Positions 7,782 through 16,450 of a DNA stretch of 23,122 bases are shown in pieces. How positions within the stretch are numbered: position 1 is the stretch's first letter; the number at the start of each line of letters is the position of its first letter. Made by a program: the position numbers and the translations under genes. The notes below the pieces were generated by a model. The model saw only the letters and a program-made list of their open reading frames with translations, had not been told where the DNA came from and ran no database searches. This DNA comes from Candidatus Krumholzibacteriia bacterium (lineage in GTDB: Bacteria; Krumholzibacteriota; Krumholzibacteriia; LZORAL124-64-63), in the NCBI GenBank assembly GCA_036351155.1, contig JAZBOO010000273.1:1-23122 (forward strand), read 5' to 3'.

Positions 7782-7810
7782 AACGTAAGCGAGACATCGG
7801 CCCTTGTCAA
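7782..7810 (-). promoter_or_regulatory. sigma70-type promoter for the leader-metB-AK/HSDH operon
   Basis: TTGACA (7805-7810), 17-nt spacer, TACGTT (7782-7787); predicted TSS near 7775. Confidence 0.75.
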
Positions 7811-7917
7811 TCCTGGTGTAGGATTTTTTGATGCTGGGTCAGTTGCTGTTTCATCGGATGTCAGCTTCCTTTTCACACATCAACATTGTCCCCTCAGCCT
7901 TGCGGGAGACCCTGCCA

Positions 7918-9180
7918 TTGTTCTCTATTTCTGGCAATACCCACCGAGCCCTGGGCTTCGTATACCTGCTGCACCTGCTGCTCACCGGAACGTCGGTTTC
8001 ACTGGGCCAGGTGCTGATTCCGCCCGAGCAGGCTGCTGTTGTCCCCACCGAAAGTCTCACCTTCGGGGTGGCCGTTTCCGGACAGATGGCCCTGACCTGT
8101 GAGCATTTCGCCGGGATTTCGGTGCTCGACATCACCAACCCGAACCTCCCGCAGCCCATCGGCCAGCTCGACACTCCCGGGCAGGCACGCAACGCGGTCA
8201 TTGCCGGCGACCTCGCCTATGTGGCCGATCGCAATTCCGGCCTGCGCATCATTGACCTGTCCTCTCCCCCCACCTTGACAGAGCTCGGAACGGTGGACAC
8301 GCCCGGCCTGGCCCTGGGTGTGGCCGTGTCGGGCGATCTGGTTCTGGTGGCCGACAAGGGGTTCGGCCTCCAGGTCATCGATACCAGCGACCCGTCCTTG
8401 CCGAGCATCATCGGGGCAGTGGATACCCCGGGCCTGGCCAGCGATGTGGTGGTGCAGGAGGGCTTTGCCTATGTCGCAGATTTCGATGGGGGCCTGGTGG
8501 TGATCGATCTGGCCAGCGCGACCCAGCCGACGGTGGCCGGCAGCTTCCTGACCGCAGGGGAGGCCAACGGATTGGATGTTCACGGAGACCTGTGTGCCGT
8601 GGCGGCTCTCGAGGGCGGTCTCATCTTGCTCGACATCAGCACCCCGGGGACGCCCACCCTCCTGGCCACGGTCCCTACCGGTGGAGCGGCCTACGAGGCC
8701 ATCTTCCATGACGATCTGGTCGTGGTCGCCACCGCGGAAGGACTGGAAATCATCTCGGTGGTGGTGCCCACGGATCCTGCGGTGATCACCACCTACCAGA
8801 CGGTGGGGCCGGCGTTCCAGCTGGCGCGTTCCGGGCGCCACCTGGCGGTAGCTTGCGGAGGAAGCGGGTGGGAGCTGGTCACGTTTCTGGAGGAACCCAC
8901 CGCTGCCCTTGACCTGCCTGCTCCTGGCCGGCTGAGGGCAGCGCCCAACCCATTCAATCCCCGCACGGTGCTCGATTTTTCCCTGCCCGAGGCTTCCTGG
9001 GGTGAACTGGCAGTTTTCGACCTGTCGGGTCGGCGCGTGGACACCTTGCGCCAGGGGTTGTTTCCCGCTGGAGACCAGAGCTTCCACTGGACTCCCACCG
9101 GACTGAGCAGCGGGGTGTACCTGGCACGGTTGACCACCCCTTTCCTGACCATGACCCGTCGTCTCACTCTGGTGCGCTAG
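7918..9180 (+). CDS. Secreted LVIVD-repeat beta-propeller with C-terminal FlgD-Ig/T9SS type A-like sorting domain
   Basis: About seven ~42-aa repeats (e.g. AYVADRNSGLRIIDLSSP...GTVDTPG) and C-terminal APNPFNPRT...VFDLSGRRV...SGVYLARL. Start is uncertain: TTG at 7918 follows GGGAG and gives a signal-peptide-like N-terminus, but the ORF is open from 7828. Confidence 0.8.
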   Translation: MFSISGNTHRALGFVYLLHLLLTGTSVSLGQVLIPPEQAAVVPTESLTFGVAVSGQMALTCEHFAGISVLDITNPNLPQPIGQLDTPGQARNAVIAGDLAYVADRNSGLRIIDLSSPPTLTELGTVDTPGLALGVAVSGDLVLVADKGFGLQVIDTSDPSLPSIIGAVDTPGLASDVVVQEGFAYVADFDGGLVVIDLASATQPTVAGSFLTAGEANGLDVHGDLCAVAALEGGLILLDISTPGTPTLLATVPTGGAAYEAIFHDDLVVVATAEGLEIISVVVPTDPAVITTYQTVGPAFQLARSGRHLAVACGGSGWELVTFLEEPTAALDLPAPGRLRAAPNPFNPRTVLDFSLPEASWGELAVFDLSGRRVDTLRQGLFPAGDQSFHWTPTGLSSGVYLARLTTPFLTMTRRLTLVR

Positions 9181-10229
9181 CCCTCCATGGTCGGGTAATC
9201 GGTGTACCCCTCAGGCCCATCGCCATAGAAGGTTGCAGGGTCGGGAGTGTTCAGAGCGTGCCCCTGCTGGAAGCGGGCCTCCAGGTCGGGATTGGCGATA
9301 TAGGATCGGCCAAAGGCCACCGCATCGACCAGCCCCTGGGCGATCACGGCTTCAGCCGTCTCGGCCGTGAATTCCTGGTTGGCAATGTAGACGCCACCGA
9401 AAGCTTTCTTGAGTTGCGGGGCCAGCCAGTCGGGCCCCTGGGGCTCCCGTCCGCAGATGAACGCCAGCTTGCGCCTCCCCAGTTCCCGGGCCACGTGGCT
9501 GAAGATCTTTTCGCCCGTGGGATCGTCCTTTGGATCCTCTCCTCCGCGCGGCGCCAGGTGCATCCCCACCCGGTCGGCGCCCCAGACATCCACCACGGCA
9601 TCGGTCACCTCGAGCAGAAAGCGGGCCCGGTTTTCCAGGGATCCGCCATACTCGTCCGTGCGCTGGTTGGACGAGGCCTGCAAAAACTGATCCGGCAAAT
9701 ACCCGTTGGCTCCGTGCACTTCCACCCCGTCAAAGCCTGCCACCTTGGCGTTCTCGGCACCCTGGCGATAGGCGGCGATGATGTCCGGGATCTCGTCGAT
9801 CTCCAGCGCCCGGGGCACCGGATAAGGGCGCTGCGGTTTGACCAGACTGACATGCCCCGGCTGGGCCACCGCACTGGGCGCCACGGGACTGCGGCCGTCC
9901 AGGTAGACCGGATCACTCACGCGCCCCACATGCCACAGCTGCATGAAGATGAGCCCTCCGGCCTGGTGCACGGCATCGGTGATGGGGCGCCACGCGGTGG
10001 TCTGCTCCTCGGTCCAGATGCCCGGAGTGCTGGGGTAACCCACCCCCATGGGGTCCACCGCCGTGGCCTCGCTGAGAATGAATCCCGCACCGGCCCGCTG
10101 ACGGTAGTATTCGACCATGAGAGCATTGGGCACCCGGTTGTCGATGGCGCGGCACCGGGTCAAGGGGGCCATGATCACGCGGTTGGGCAGGGTCACGGCA
10201 CCCATGGTCAAGGGTTTAAAAAGCAACAT
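9177..10229 (-). CDS. Old yellow enzyme family FMN-dependent alkene reductase (NemA/XenB-like)
   Basis: NRVIMAPLTRCRA, QLWHVGRVS, VEVHGANGYL, NQRTDEYGGS, AFGRSYIANPDL and GYTDYP motifs. Confidence 0.93.
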   Translation of the reverse strand: MLLFKPLTMGAVTLPNRVIMAPLTRCRAIDNRVPNALMVEYYRQRAGAGFILSEATAVDPMGVGYPSTPGIWTEEQTTAWRPITDAVHQAGGLIFMQLWHVGRVSDPVYLDGRSPVAPSAVAQPGHVSLVKPQRPYPVPRALEIDEIPDIIAAYRQGAENAKVAGFDGVEVHGANGYLPDQFLQASSNQRTDEYGGSLENRARFLLEVTDAVVDVWGADRVGMHLAPRGGEDPKDDPTGEKIFSHVARELGRRKLAFICGREPQGPDWLAPQLKKAFGGVYIANQEFTAETAEAVIAQGLVDAVAFGRSYIANPDLEARFQQGHALNTPDPATFYGDGPEGYTDYPTMEG

Positions 10230-10347
10230 GTGGTCATTCCTCGGGCTGAGAAAAAATCAGAAGCAGGATGGGCTAAACCTATGGCTTTTCCCCGGGCTCG
10301 CCATATCATAAAGTTGGAAATCCATCGCCAAGCACTCAAGGAGCATC

Positions 10348-11049
10348 ATGAGTATCCATATCGGCGCCGAACCCGGCCAGATTGCCCCCACCATCCTGTT
10401 GCCGGGAGACCCGTTGCGGGCCCGTTTCATTGCCGACACCTTCCTGGAAGATGCCATCTGCTTCAACGAGGTGCGCGGCATGCTGGGATTCACCGGCACC
10501 TGGCAGGGGAGAAAGGTCTCGGTCATGGGCACCGGCATGGGAATGCCCACCCTGGCCATCTACGTCCATGAACTCATCCACGAGTACGGGGTACGCAACC
10601 TGATCCGGGTGGGCACCTGCGGGGCCCTGCAACCGGATCTGGAAATCGGGGACATCGTCCTGCCCTTGACCTCGTCCACCAACTCCCAGATCAACCGCCT
10701 GCGGTTCGGCGGCCGCGATTTTGCACCTGCCGCAGATTTCGACCTGCTGGTCCAGGCCCACGCCACCGCCAAGGCCAAGGGAGCCATGGTCCGGGTCGGA
10801 GGCATCTACTCATCGGACTCTTTCTACGACGATGATCCCACCTGGTGGAAAAAGTTTGCAGCTTTCGGCACGCTGGCTGTGGAGATGGAAACCTCGGCCC
10901 TGTACACCCTGGCCGCCGGGGCCGGGGCGCGGGCCCTGTCCATCCTCACGGTGAGTGACAGCCTGGCCACTGGTCAGGAAGCCACAGCCCAGCAACGAGA
11001 AAAGGGCTTCCCGTTGATGGCCGAAATTGCTCTCTCCATTGAACCATAA
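10348..11049 (+). CDS. deoD: Purine nucleoside phosphorylase (DeoD-type)
   Basis: LLPGDPLRA, NEVRGMLGFTG, GTGMGMP, IRVGTCG, SSDSFY, VEME and LTVSD motifs; AAGGAG SD. Confidence 0.95.
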   Translation: MSIHIGAEPGQIAPTILLPGDPLRARFIADTFLEDAICFNEVRGMLGFTGTWQGRKVSVMGTGMGMPTLAIYVHELIHEYGVRNLIRVGTCGALQPDLEIGDIVLPLTSSTNSQINRLRFGGRDFAPAADFDLLVQAHATAKAKGAMVRVGGIYSSDSFYDDDPTWWKKFAAFGTLAVEMETSALYTLAAGAGARALSILTVSDSLATGQEATAQQREKGFPLMAEIALSIEP

Positions 11050-11204
11050 TGCGGTTTTTTGTGGCCCAAAAATCACCTTTCCGGATCAAGTTAAAAAATT
11101 ATCAATAAAATCGGGACAGGGAGTTCGGCCCCTGCTAGGATGAGATTCCAGATGAATGCTGGGGGATGTCGGGTGATTTCTCCCGGAATTTGGGCTTTTT
11201 TTTG

Positions 11205-11227
11205 CCCGCGATCACTGTGATCTCGGG
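11205..11227. promoter_or_regulatory. Near-perfect 23-bp palindrome upstream of the TonB-dependent receptor; candidate operator
   Basis: CCCGCGATCAC-T-GTGATCTCGGG (10 of 11 pairs), about 40 bp before the start codon. Confidence 0.35.
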
Positions 11228-11266
11228 ACCGTAGATGGTGCCTGCGTGCCAACCACAGGAGGACGA

Positions 11267-13492
11267 ATGATGGTGAACTTCAGAAGGTGGGTTGTCTTCG
11301 GGGCGATCCTCGTTTTGACATTTTCCCTGACCACGATCGCTTTCGCCCAGGATGACCCTGAACTTGAAGAAGTGCTGGTCACCGCCCAGAAGAAAGAGCA
11401 GGGTCTCCGCGAAGTTCCCTCCTCGGTGGCCACCCTCAGCGATGAGAAGCTGGACGTGATCACCTCCAGCGGCCAGGACATCCGGCTGCTTTCCTCCCGG
11501 ATTCCCAGCCTGCACATCGAGTCCTCCTTTGGCCGTACCCTGCCCCGGTTTTACATCCGCGGCCTGGGCAACACCGACTTCGATTTGAACGCTTCGCAGC
11601 CGGTTTCACTGGTTTACGACGGCGTGGTTCTGGAGAACCCCATCCTCAAGGGCTATCCCATTTTCGACATGCAGCGCATCGAGGTCTTGCGCGGCCCCCA
11701 GGGTACCCTGTTCGGGCGCAACACCCCTGCGGGTATCGTCAAGTTCGAGTCCCGCAAGCCCACCTTTGAAAGCCAAGGATACGGCCGGTTTTCCTACGGT
11801 GTTTACAACACCATGCAGTTCGAGGGTGCCGCCGGCGGAGCCATCAGCGAAGGCCTGCTGGCTGCCCGTGCTTCGTTCCTGTACCAGAAGCGCAGCGACT
11901 GGGTGGACAACACCTACACCGGTGAAGAAGATGCCCTGGGCGGCTACACCGACTACGCCGGCCGTCTGCAATTCCTGCTGACCCCGACGGAAAACTTCAC
12001 CGCCCTGCTGAACCTGCACATGCGTGACCTGGACGGTACGGCCCGCCTGTTCCGCGCCAATCTGGTCGAGTCGGGCAGCAGCGACATCGTCGACGGCTTC
12101 GAGCGCGACAAGATCGCCATCGACGGCCTGAACGAGCAGACAGTGAAGGAAAAGGGCGGCGTGCTGACCATGGATTACGACCTGGGCGACATGACCCTGA
12201 CCTCGATCACCGGCTACGAGTCGGGCGAAATCTACAGCCGCGGGGACATCGACGGTGGCTACGGCGCCGCCTTCCTGCCCGAGATGGGGCCCGGCGTGAT
12301 CCCCTTCGATTCGCAATCCGCCGACGGCATTCCCGACCTGACCCAGGTGACCCAGGAAATCCGGCTGGCCAGCGACTACTCCGGCCCCTGGAACTTCCAG
12401 ACCGGTTTCTTCTTCTTCGACGAAGACCTGAAGATCGACACCTTCAACTACGACACATTCAGCGATGGCCAGCCCCAGAACGGCTACGCCAACCAGGAAC
12501 AGCAGACCAGCGCCTGGGCCCTGTTCGGCACCCTGGAATACCAGGTGTCCGAGAAATTCAAGGCCAGTGGTGGACTGCGCTATTCGGATGAAACCAAGGA
12601 CTTCATGGCCCAGCGGACCCAGACTCCCTTCGGAGGAACCAACCTGGATCCCATCAGCGAGAGCCGTGATTCCGATTTCATCAGCTGGGACGTCAACGGC
12701 CTGTACACCCTGAATCCGGACGTGAACCTCTACGGCCGGGTGGCCCGCAGTTTCCGTGCCCCCAGTTTCCAGGGCCGTGTGCTGTTCGGCGACGTGGTGA
12801 CCATTGGTGAGACCGAGAAGATTCTGAGCTTCGAGGTGGGCACCAAGGCCAACCTGGGTAAGAAGGCCCGCGCCAATGTGAGCGTGTACTCCTTCATCAT
12901 GAACGACCAGCAGCTCACGGCCGTGGGCGGCGAGGCCAACTTCAACCAGATGCTCAACGCCGACGAGACCGCCGGCATGGGCTTCGAGGCCGAGCTGGAA
13001 TGGCTGCCGGCCAGCAACATGTTCATGACCATGGGCGCCAGCTACAACAAGACCGAGATCAAGGATCCCGGCCTGGGTGTGCAGCCCGGTGGCGCCGCGG
13101 GCCTGACCGTGCTGGATCCGGAGCTGAGCCCCGGAATCGTCTCGATCGACGGCAACCGGCTGCCCAACGCTCCGGAATGGGTGTTCAACGCCACCTTGCG
13201 GGCCTCGACCCCCATGGGCAACAACGGTGAAGTCTTCATGTTCACCGACTGGGCCTACCGCAGCGAAGTCAGCTTCTTCCTTTACGAATCCACCGAGTTC
13301 ACGGAAGCCGGATTCGTGGAAGGCGGCCTGCGGGTCGGCTACGCCACCTACGACCGGATGTGGGAAGTGGCGGCCTTCGGTCGCAACATCACCGACACCG
13401 TGGCCCGGACCGGCGGCATCGACTTCAACAACCTGACCGGCTTCGTGAACGAGCCCCGCACCTTCGGTGTGGAGTTCCGCCGCGCCTTCTAG
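11267..13492 (+). CDS. TonB-dependent outer membrane receptor
   Basis: Signal peptide (AFA|QDD), TonB box LEEVLVTAQK, plug motifs YIRGLG and RIEVLRGPQGTLFGRN, C-terminal PRTFGVEFRRAF ending in Phe; AGGAGG SD before ATG 11267. Confidence 0.95.
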   Translation: MMVNFRRWVVFGAILVLTFSLTTIAFAQDDPELEEVLVTAQKKEQGLREVPSSVATLSDEKLDVITSSGQDIRLLSSRIPSLHIESSFGRTLPRFYIRGLGNTDFDLNASQPVSLVYDGVVLENPILKGYPIFDMQRIEVLRGPQGTLFGRNTPAGIVKFESRKPTFESQGYGRFSYGVYNTMQFEGAAGGAISEGLLAARASFLYQKRSDWVDNTYTGEEDALGGYTDYAGRLQFLLTPTENFTALLNLHMRDLDGTARLFRANLVESGSSDIVDGFERDKIAIDGLNEQTVKEKGGVLTMDYDLGDMTLTSITGYESGEIYSRGDIDGGYGAAFLPEMGPGVIPFDSQSADGIPDLTQVTQEIRLASDYSGPWNFQTGFFFFDEDLKIDTFNYDTFSDGQPQNGYANQEQQTSAWALFGTLEYQVSEKFKASGGLRYSDETKDFMAQRTQTPFGGTNLDPISESRDSDFISWDVNGLYTLNPDVNLYGRVARSFRAPSFQGRVLFGDVVTIGETEKILSFEVGTKANLGKKARANVSVYSFIMNDQQLTAVGGEANFNQMLNADETAGMGFEAELEWLPASNMFMTMGASYNKTEIKDPGLGVQPGGAAGLTVLDPELSPGIVSIDGNRLPNAPEWVFNATLRASTPMGNNGEVFMFTDWAYRSEVSFFLYESTEFTEAGFVEGGLRVGYATYDRMWEVAAFGRNITDTVARTGGIDFNNLTGFVNEPRTFGVEFRRAF

Positions 13493-13526
13493 TCAGCTTT
13501 CAGGACGATTGCTGGACGATCAGCTG

Positions 13527-13571
13527 AAAAAGAGAGAGCCCGCGATCCACCAGGGTCGCGGGCTCGTTTTT
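13527..13571. terminator. Intrinsic terminator, probably bidirectional, between the convergent receptor and TPR genes
   Basis: 13-bp stem GAGCCCGCGATCC / GGGTCGCGGGCTC with ACCA loop; T-run on the + side and an A-run 5' of the stem. Confidence 0.8.
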
Positions 13572-13587
13572 CGTCGCAAAAAGGCAA

Positions 13588-14871
13588 TCAGGGGTTGAGT
13601 CCCAGCTCGTTGAGCCGTTGCTCTTCCCGCTCCACGAAGGACAGCCAGCGCGAGGCCGTAGCACGCCCCTCGGGAAACTTGCGGGCGGCTTCGAAGGCGG
13701 TCTTGGCTTCGGGATACCGGCCCAGCTCGAAGTAGGCCATGCCCTGCATCAGTCTCAGTTCATGGGGATCGTCCACACCCTTGCTCAGGGCCACCTCCAC
13801 CGCGTCCACCGCCTTTTCCCATTCACCCAGGTTCACATAGGTCTGGGCAATGCGGGCATGCAGTTCCCCATCCTCGGACAGCTCGGCGGCTCTGGACAGA
13901 CTGGCGATGGCCTTCTCGTTTTCCTGGGCCAGGATCCAGGCCTGGGAGACCAGGCGCCAGTTGGCGGCCGAACCCTCGATCAACCCGCTGTCCAGGCCTT
14001 CCTGCAGCAACACCCCGGCCCGGTAAGGCACCTCGGCCTGCAGGAGCAGCTGGGCCAGCAAGACGATCTCGGTGCCCTTGGTCAGGTAGCCCTGCTGGTA
14101 GGCCATCTCGTAGCTGGCCAGCTGGCGTTCGGTGTTGCCCATTTCCCCGTAGGCCGAGGAAAGGTGCAGCCAGTACTCCTTGGACGGATACCTGGTCACC
14201 AGGGTTTCCAGGACGTCCAGCAAGTTTTCGTAGTCCTGGGTCTCGTAATAGATCACCCTCAACAGCGCGTACCAGTTCTCCTGGACCTTGCTGCCCCGCT
14301 CCTCGGCGATGGCGATGGCGCGCCGCACCGGGGCCACCGCCTTGTCCAGCTGACCCAGCTGATAATAACCCTGCCCCAGCAGGACATAGGGCTCGGGACC
14401 CGGGTTATCGGCCACCTCGAGCCAGCTGGTCAGATGGCCGATGGCCGTCTCGTAGTTCTCCAGGTGAAAATTCAGCTGCCCCAGGGTGTACAGGGTGCTG
14501 GCGCGCAGGGCCTCGGGCAGCTCCTCTTGCTGCAGCACCTGTTCGTAGGCGGCGGCGCTTTCCGCGTATTTTTCCTGGGCAAAGTAGGTGTAGCCGTAGG
14601 CGGTGTAGAGCTGGGCCTTTTCGCTGGGCGAAAGGTCTTTCATTTTTTCGACGTTACTCAGTGCGTCGAAGGCCTTGTCCCAGTCCTGGGCCTCGGCCGC
14701 TTCCTGGGCCCGACTCAGCTTCTCGTAGACCTTTTCGCGCATGGCGATCCCGGCAGCCTGTCCGGTTCCGGGCAAGGCCGCGGCGGCCAGCACCAGAGCC
14801 AGGGCCGCACCCACAGCGGGTCGGCGCAGTTGTCTCAAGAGGACCTTCCAGCGGTGACGTTGGTGACTCAC
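13588..14871 (-). CDS. Periplasmic tetratricopeptide repeat protein (TtpD-like)
   Basis: Signal peptide followed by tandem TPR helices; last gene of the tonB operon; its GTG directly follows the tonB TGA. Confidence 0.85.
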   Translation of the reverse strand: MSHQRHRWKVLLRQLRRPAVGAALALVLAAAALPGTGQAAGIAMREKVYEKLSRAQEAAEAQDWDKAFDALSNVEKMKDLSPSEKAQLYTAYGYTYFAQEKYAESAAAYEQVLQQEELPEALRASTLYTLGQLNFHLENYETAIGHLTSWLEVADNPGPEPYVLLGQGYYQLGQLDKAVAPVRRAIAIAEERGSKVQENWYALLRVIYYETQDYENLLDVLETLVTRYPSKEYWLHLSSAYGEMGNTERQLASYEMAYQQGYLTKGTEIVLLAQLLLQAEVPYRAGVLLQEGLDSGLIEGSAANWRLVSQAWILAQENEKAIASLSRAAELSEDGELHARIAQTYVNLGEWEKAVDAVEVALSKGVDDPHELRLMQGMAYFELGRYPEAKTAFEAARKFPEGRATASRWLSFVEREEQRLNELGLNP

Positions 14872-15483
14872 TCAACGCTCCAGTTCGTATTTGAAAAGGT
14901 TGCGCACACCATGGACTTCGATGGGCTCTCCGTTGACCACCCGGGGGCGGTACTTGAACTTCAGGGCCGCGGCGATGGACACCTTGTCGAAGATGCCCGA
15001 AGGCTCGGATTCCACCACCACCACATCCCGGGTGGTGCCCAGCTGGGTCACCGTGTATTCGACCAGGCAATAGCCCTCGATGCTGCGTGAGCGGGCCGCC
15101 GCCGGGTAAACCGGAGCGATTTTCACGATGGGCAGGTAGTCTCCGTCACTGGCCACCAGCCCCAGCCCGGACACCTGCATGTCCACCCCGACATCGACCG
15201 GGGCGGTGGGAATGGCCACGGAGATCTGGGCGTCTTGCACCGCATCGACGCGCGGCTGCACGGCCGCCGGCGGAGGGTTGTCGGGAGTGGTCGGCTTGTC
15301 CGGGCGTCGGTCCTTGCGCTGCAGCGTTTCCTCCCGCTGCACCCGCACGAAATCGACGAAATGGCGGGTGCCCGACTCGTCCAGCTTGGCCTGAGGCGTG
15401 GCGATCAGCACCTGCATGGTGAACAGCACGGCCAGGGTGACCAGGCTGCCGAACACGATGGCAATGGCATAGCGTGCAATCAT
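14872..15483 (-). CDS. tonB: Energy transducer TonB
   Basis: N-terminal TM helix, Pro-rich linker and TonB C-domain (PVYP...IEGYCLVEYTV...KFKYRPRVVNGEP); start at MIARYA. Confidence 0.9.
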   Translation of the reverse strand: MIARYAIAIVFGSLVTLAVLFTMQVLIATPQAKLDESGTRHFVDFVRVQREETLQRKDRRPDKPTTPDNPPPAAVQPRVDAVQDAQISVAIPTAPVDVGVDMQVSGLGLVASDGDYLPIVKIAPVYPAAARSRSIEGYCLVEYTVTQLGTTRDVVVVESEPSGIFDKVSIAAALKFKYRPRVVNGEPIEVHGVRNLFKYELER

Positions 15484-15493
15484 CCCCGCCGCC

Positions 15494-15910
15494 TCACTGT
15501 CCCGGTTCGTTGGCCGCGATGGCCACGTCGTAAACCCCGGCCAACCGGGCCGCATCCATCACCTGAACCAGCACTCCGGTGCGTGCGTCTCTGTCCGCCT
15601 GAATCACCACCGTCCCCTGGGGGTTCTCGGCGTGCAGACGTTCGATGTTGGCCCGCACAGCCCGAGGGTCCACCTGCCGCCGGTCGATCCAGATGGATCC
15701 CTCGGCATCGATGGCGATCAGGATGTTGGCCTTCTCCTTGGCCTGGGTGGTGGCCCCTTCGGGCTTGTTCACGTCAATACCCGCCTCCTTGACGAAGGAC
15801 GCGGTGACGATGAAGAAGATCAGCATGATGAACACCACATCCAGCATGGGCGTGATGTTGATCTCCTGCTCTTCCTCTTCCTGCTGCCAGCCCATGAATC
15901 GTTGTCTCAT
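15494..15910 (-). CDS. exbD: Biopolymer transporter ExbD
   Basis: INITPMLDVVFIMLIFFIVT and VVIQAD...LVQVMDAAR motifs. Confidence 0.93.
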   Translation of the reverse strand: MRQRFMGWQQEEEEQEINITPMLDVVFIMLIFFIVTASFVKEAGIDVNKPEGATTQAKEKANILIAIDAEGSIWIDRRQVDPRAVRANIERLHAENPQGTVVIQADRDARTGVLVQVMDAARLAGVYDVAIAANEPGQ

Positions 15911-15922
15911 GTCTTATCCCTA

Positions 15923-16447
15923 TCAGTCGCTGAGGAAAACGTCGTCCAGGTTCTTGACGGCCTTGCTGGCCGTACGCGAAAGAAGTGCCGCAGCAAATAC
16001 GCCGGAAAGGGCCCCCACCATGCCGGCCATGGTGGGAATAGTCGCCTTGGATACGCCCGCGGCCATGCTGCGCGCGTTGCCGGTCCCCGACAGGGCCAGC
16101 ACGTCGAACACATCGATCATCCCGGTTACCGTCCCCACCAGTCCCAGCAAGGGACAGAGGGCCACCAGGGTCTTGATCATGGGAATACCGCCGTTGGCCG
16201 CAGCCGCCAGCCGCGACACCATGGCCGCACGAATCTGCTTGGCATGCCACGACTTGTGATCGCTGCGCTCCAGCCACAGGGCCTGTTCCATGGCCACCCG
16301 GCGGCCGTGTTCCGTCCGAAAATAGATGATCCGTTCGAGGATCAGGATCCACATCATGAAGATGACCAGCGCGATGGCGTTGAGCACCGGACCACCCAGT
16401 TCCATGAAGTCACGGATTGCGATGTAGGCGTCGAACAACCACTGCAT
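15923..16447 (-). CDS. exbB: MotA/TolQ/ExbB proton channel protein (short ExbB)
   Basis: PLLGLVGTVTGMI and MAAGVSKATIPTMAG motifs. Confidence 0.9.
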   Translation of the reverse strand: MQWLFDAYIAIRDFMELGGPVLNAIALVIFMMWILILERIIYFRTEHGRRVAMEQALWLERSDHKSWHAKQIRAAMVSRLAAAANGGIPMIKTLVALCPLLGLVGTVTGMIDVFDVLALSGTGNARSMAAGVSKATIPTMAGMVGALSGVFAAALLSRTASKAVKNLDDVFLSD

Positions 16448-16450
16448 GGC

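Noticed and set aside
7625..7876. 83-aa version of the leader ORF from the ORF track
   Set aside because: It would start upstream of, and run through, the predicted -35/-10 promoter. ATG 7732 has an SD inside the predicted transcript. The in-frame ATG at 7762 cannot be fully excluded.
11050..11266. Riboswitch or sRNA ahead of the TonB-dependent receptor
   Set aside because: Only short unrelated hairpins; no cobalamin, TPP or purine aptamer consensus recognisable by eye.
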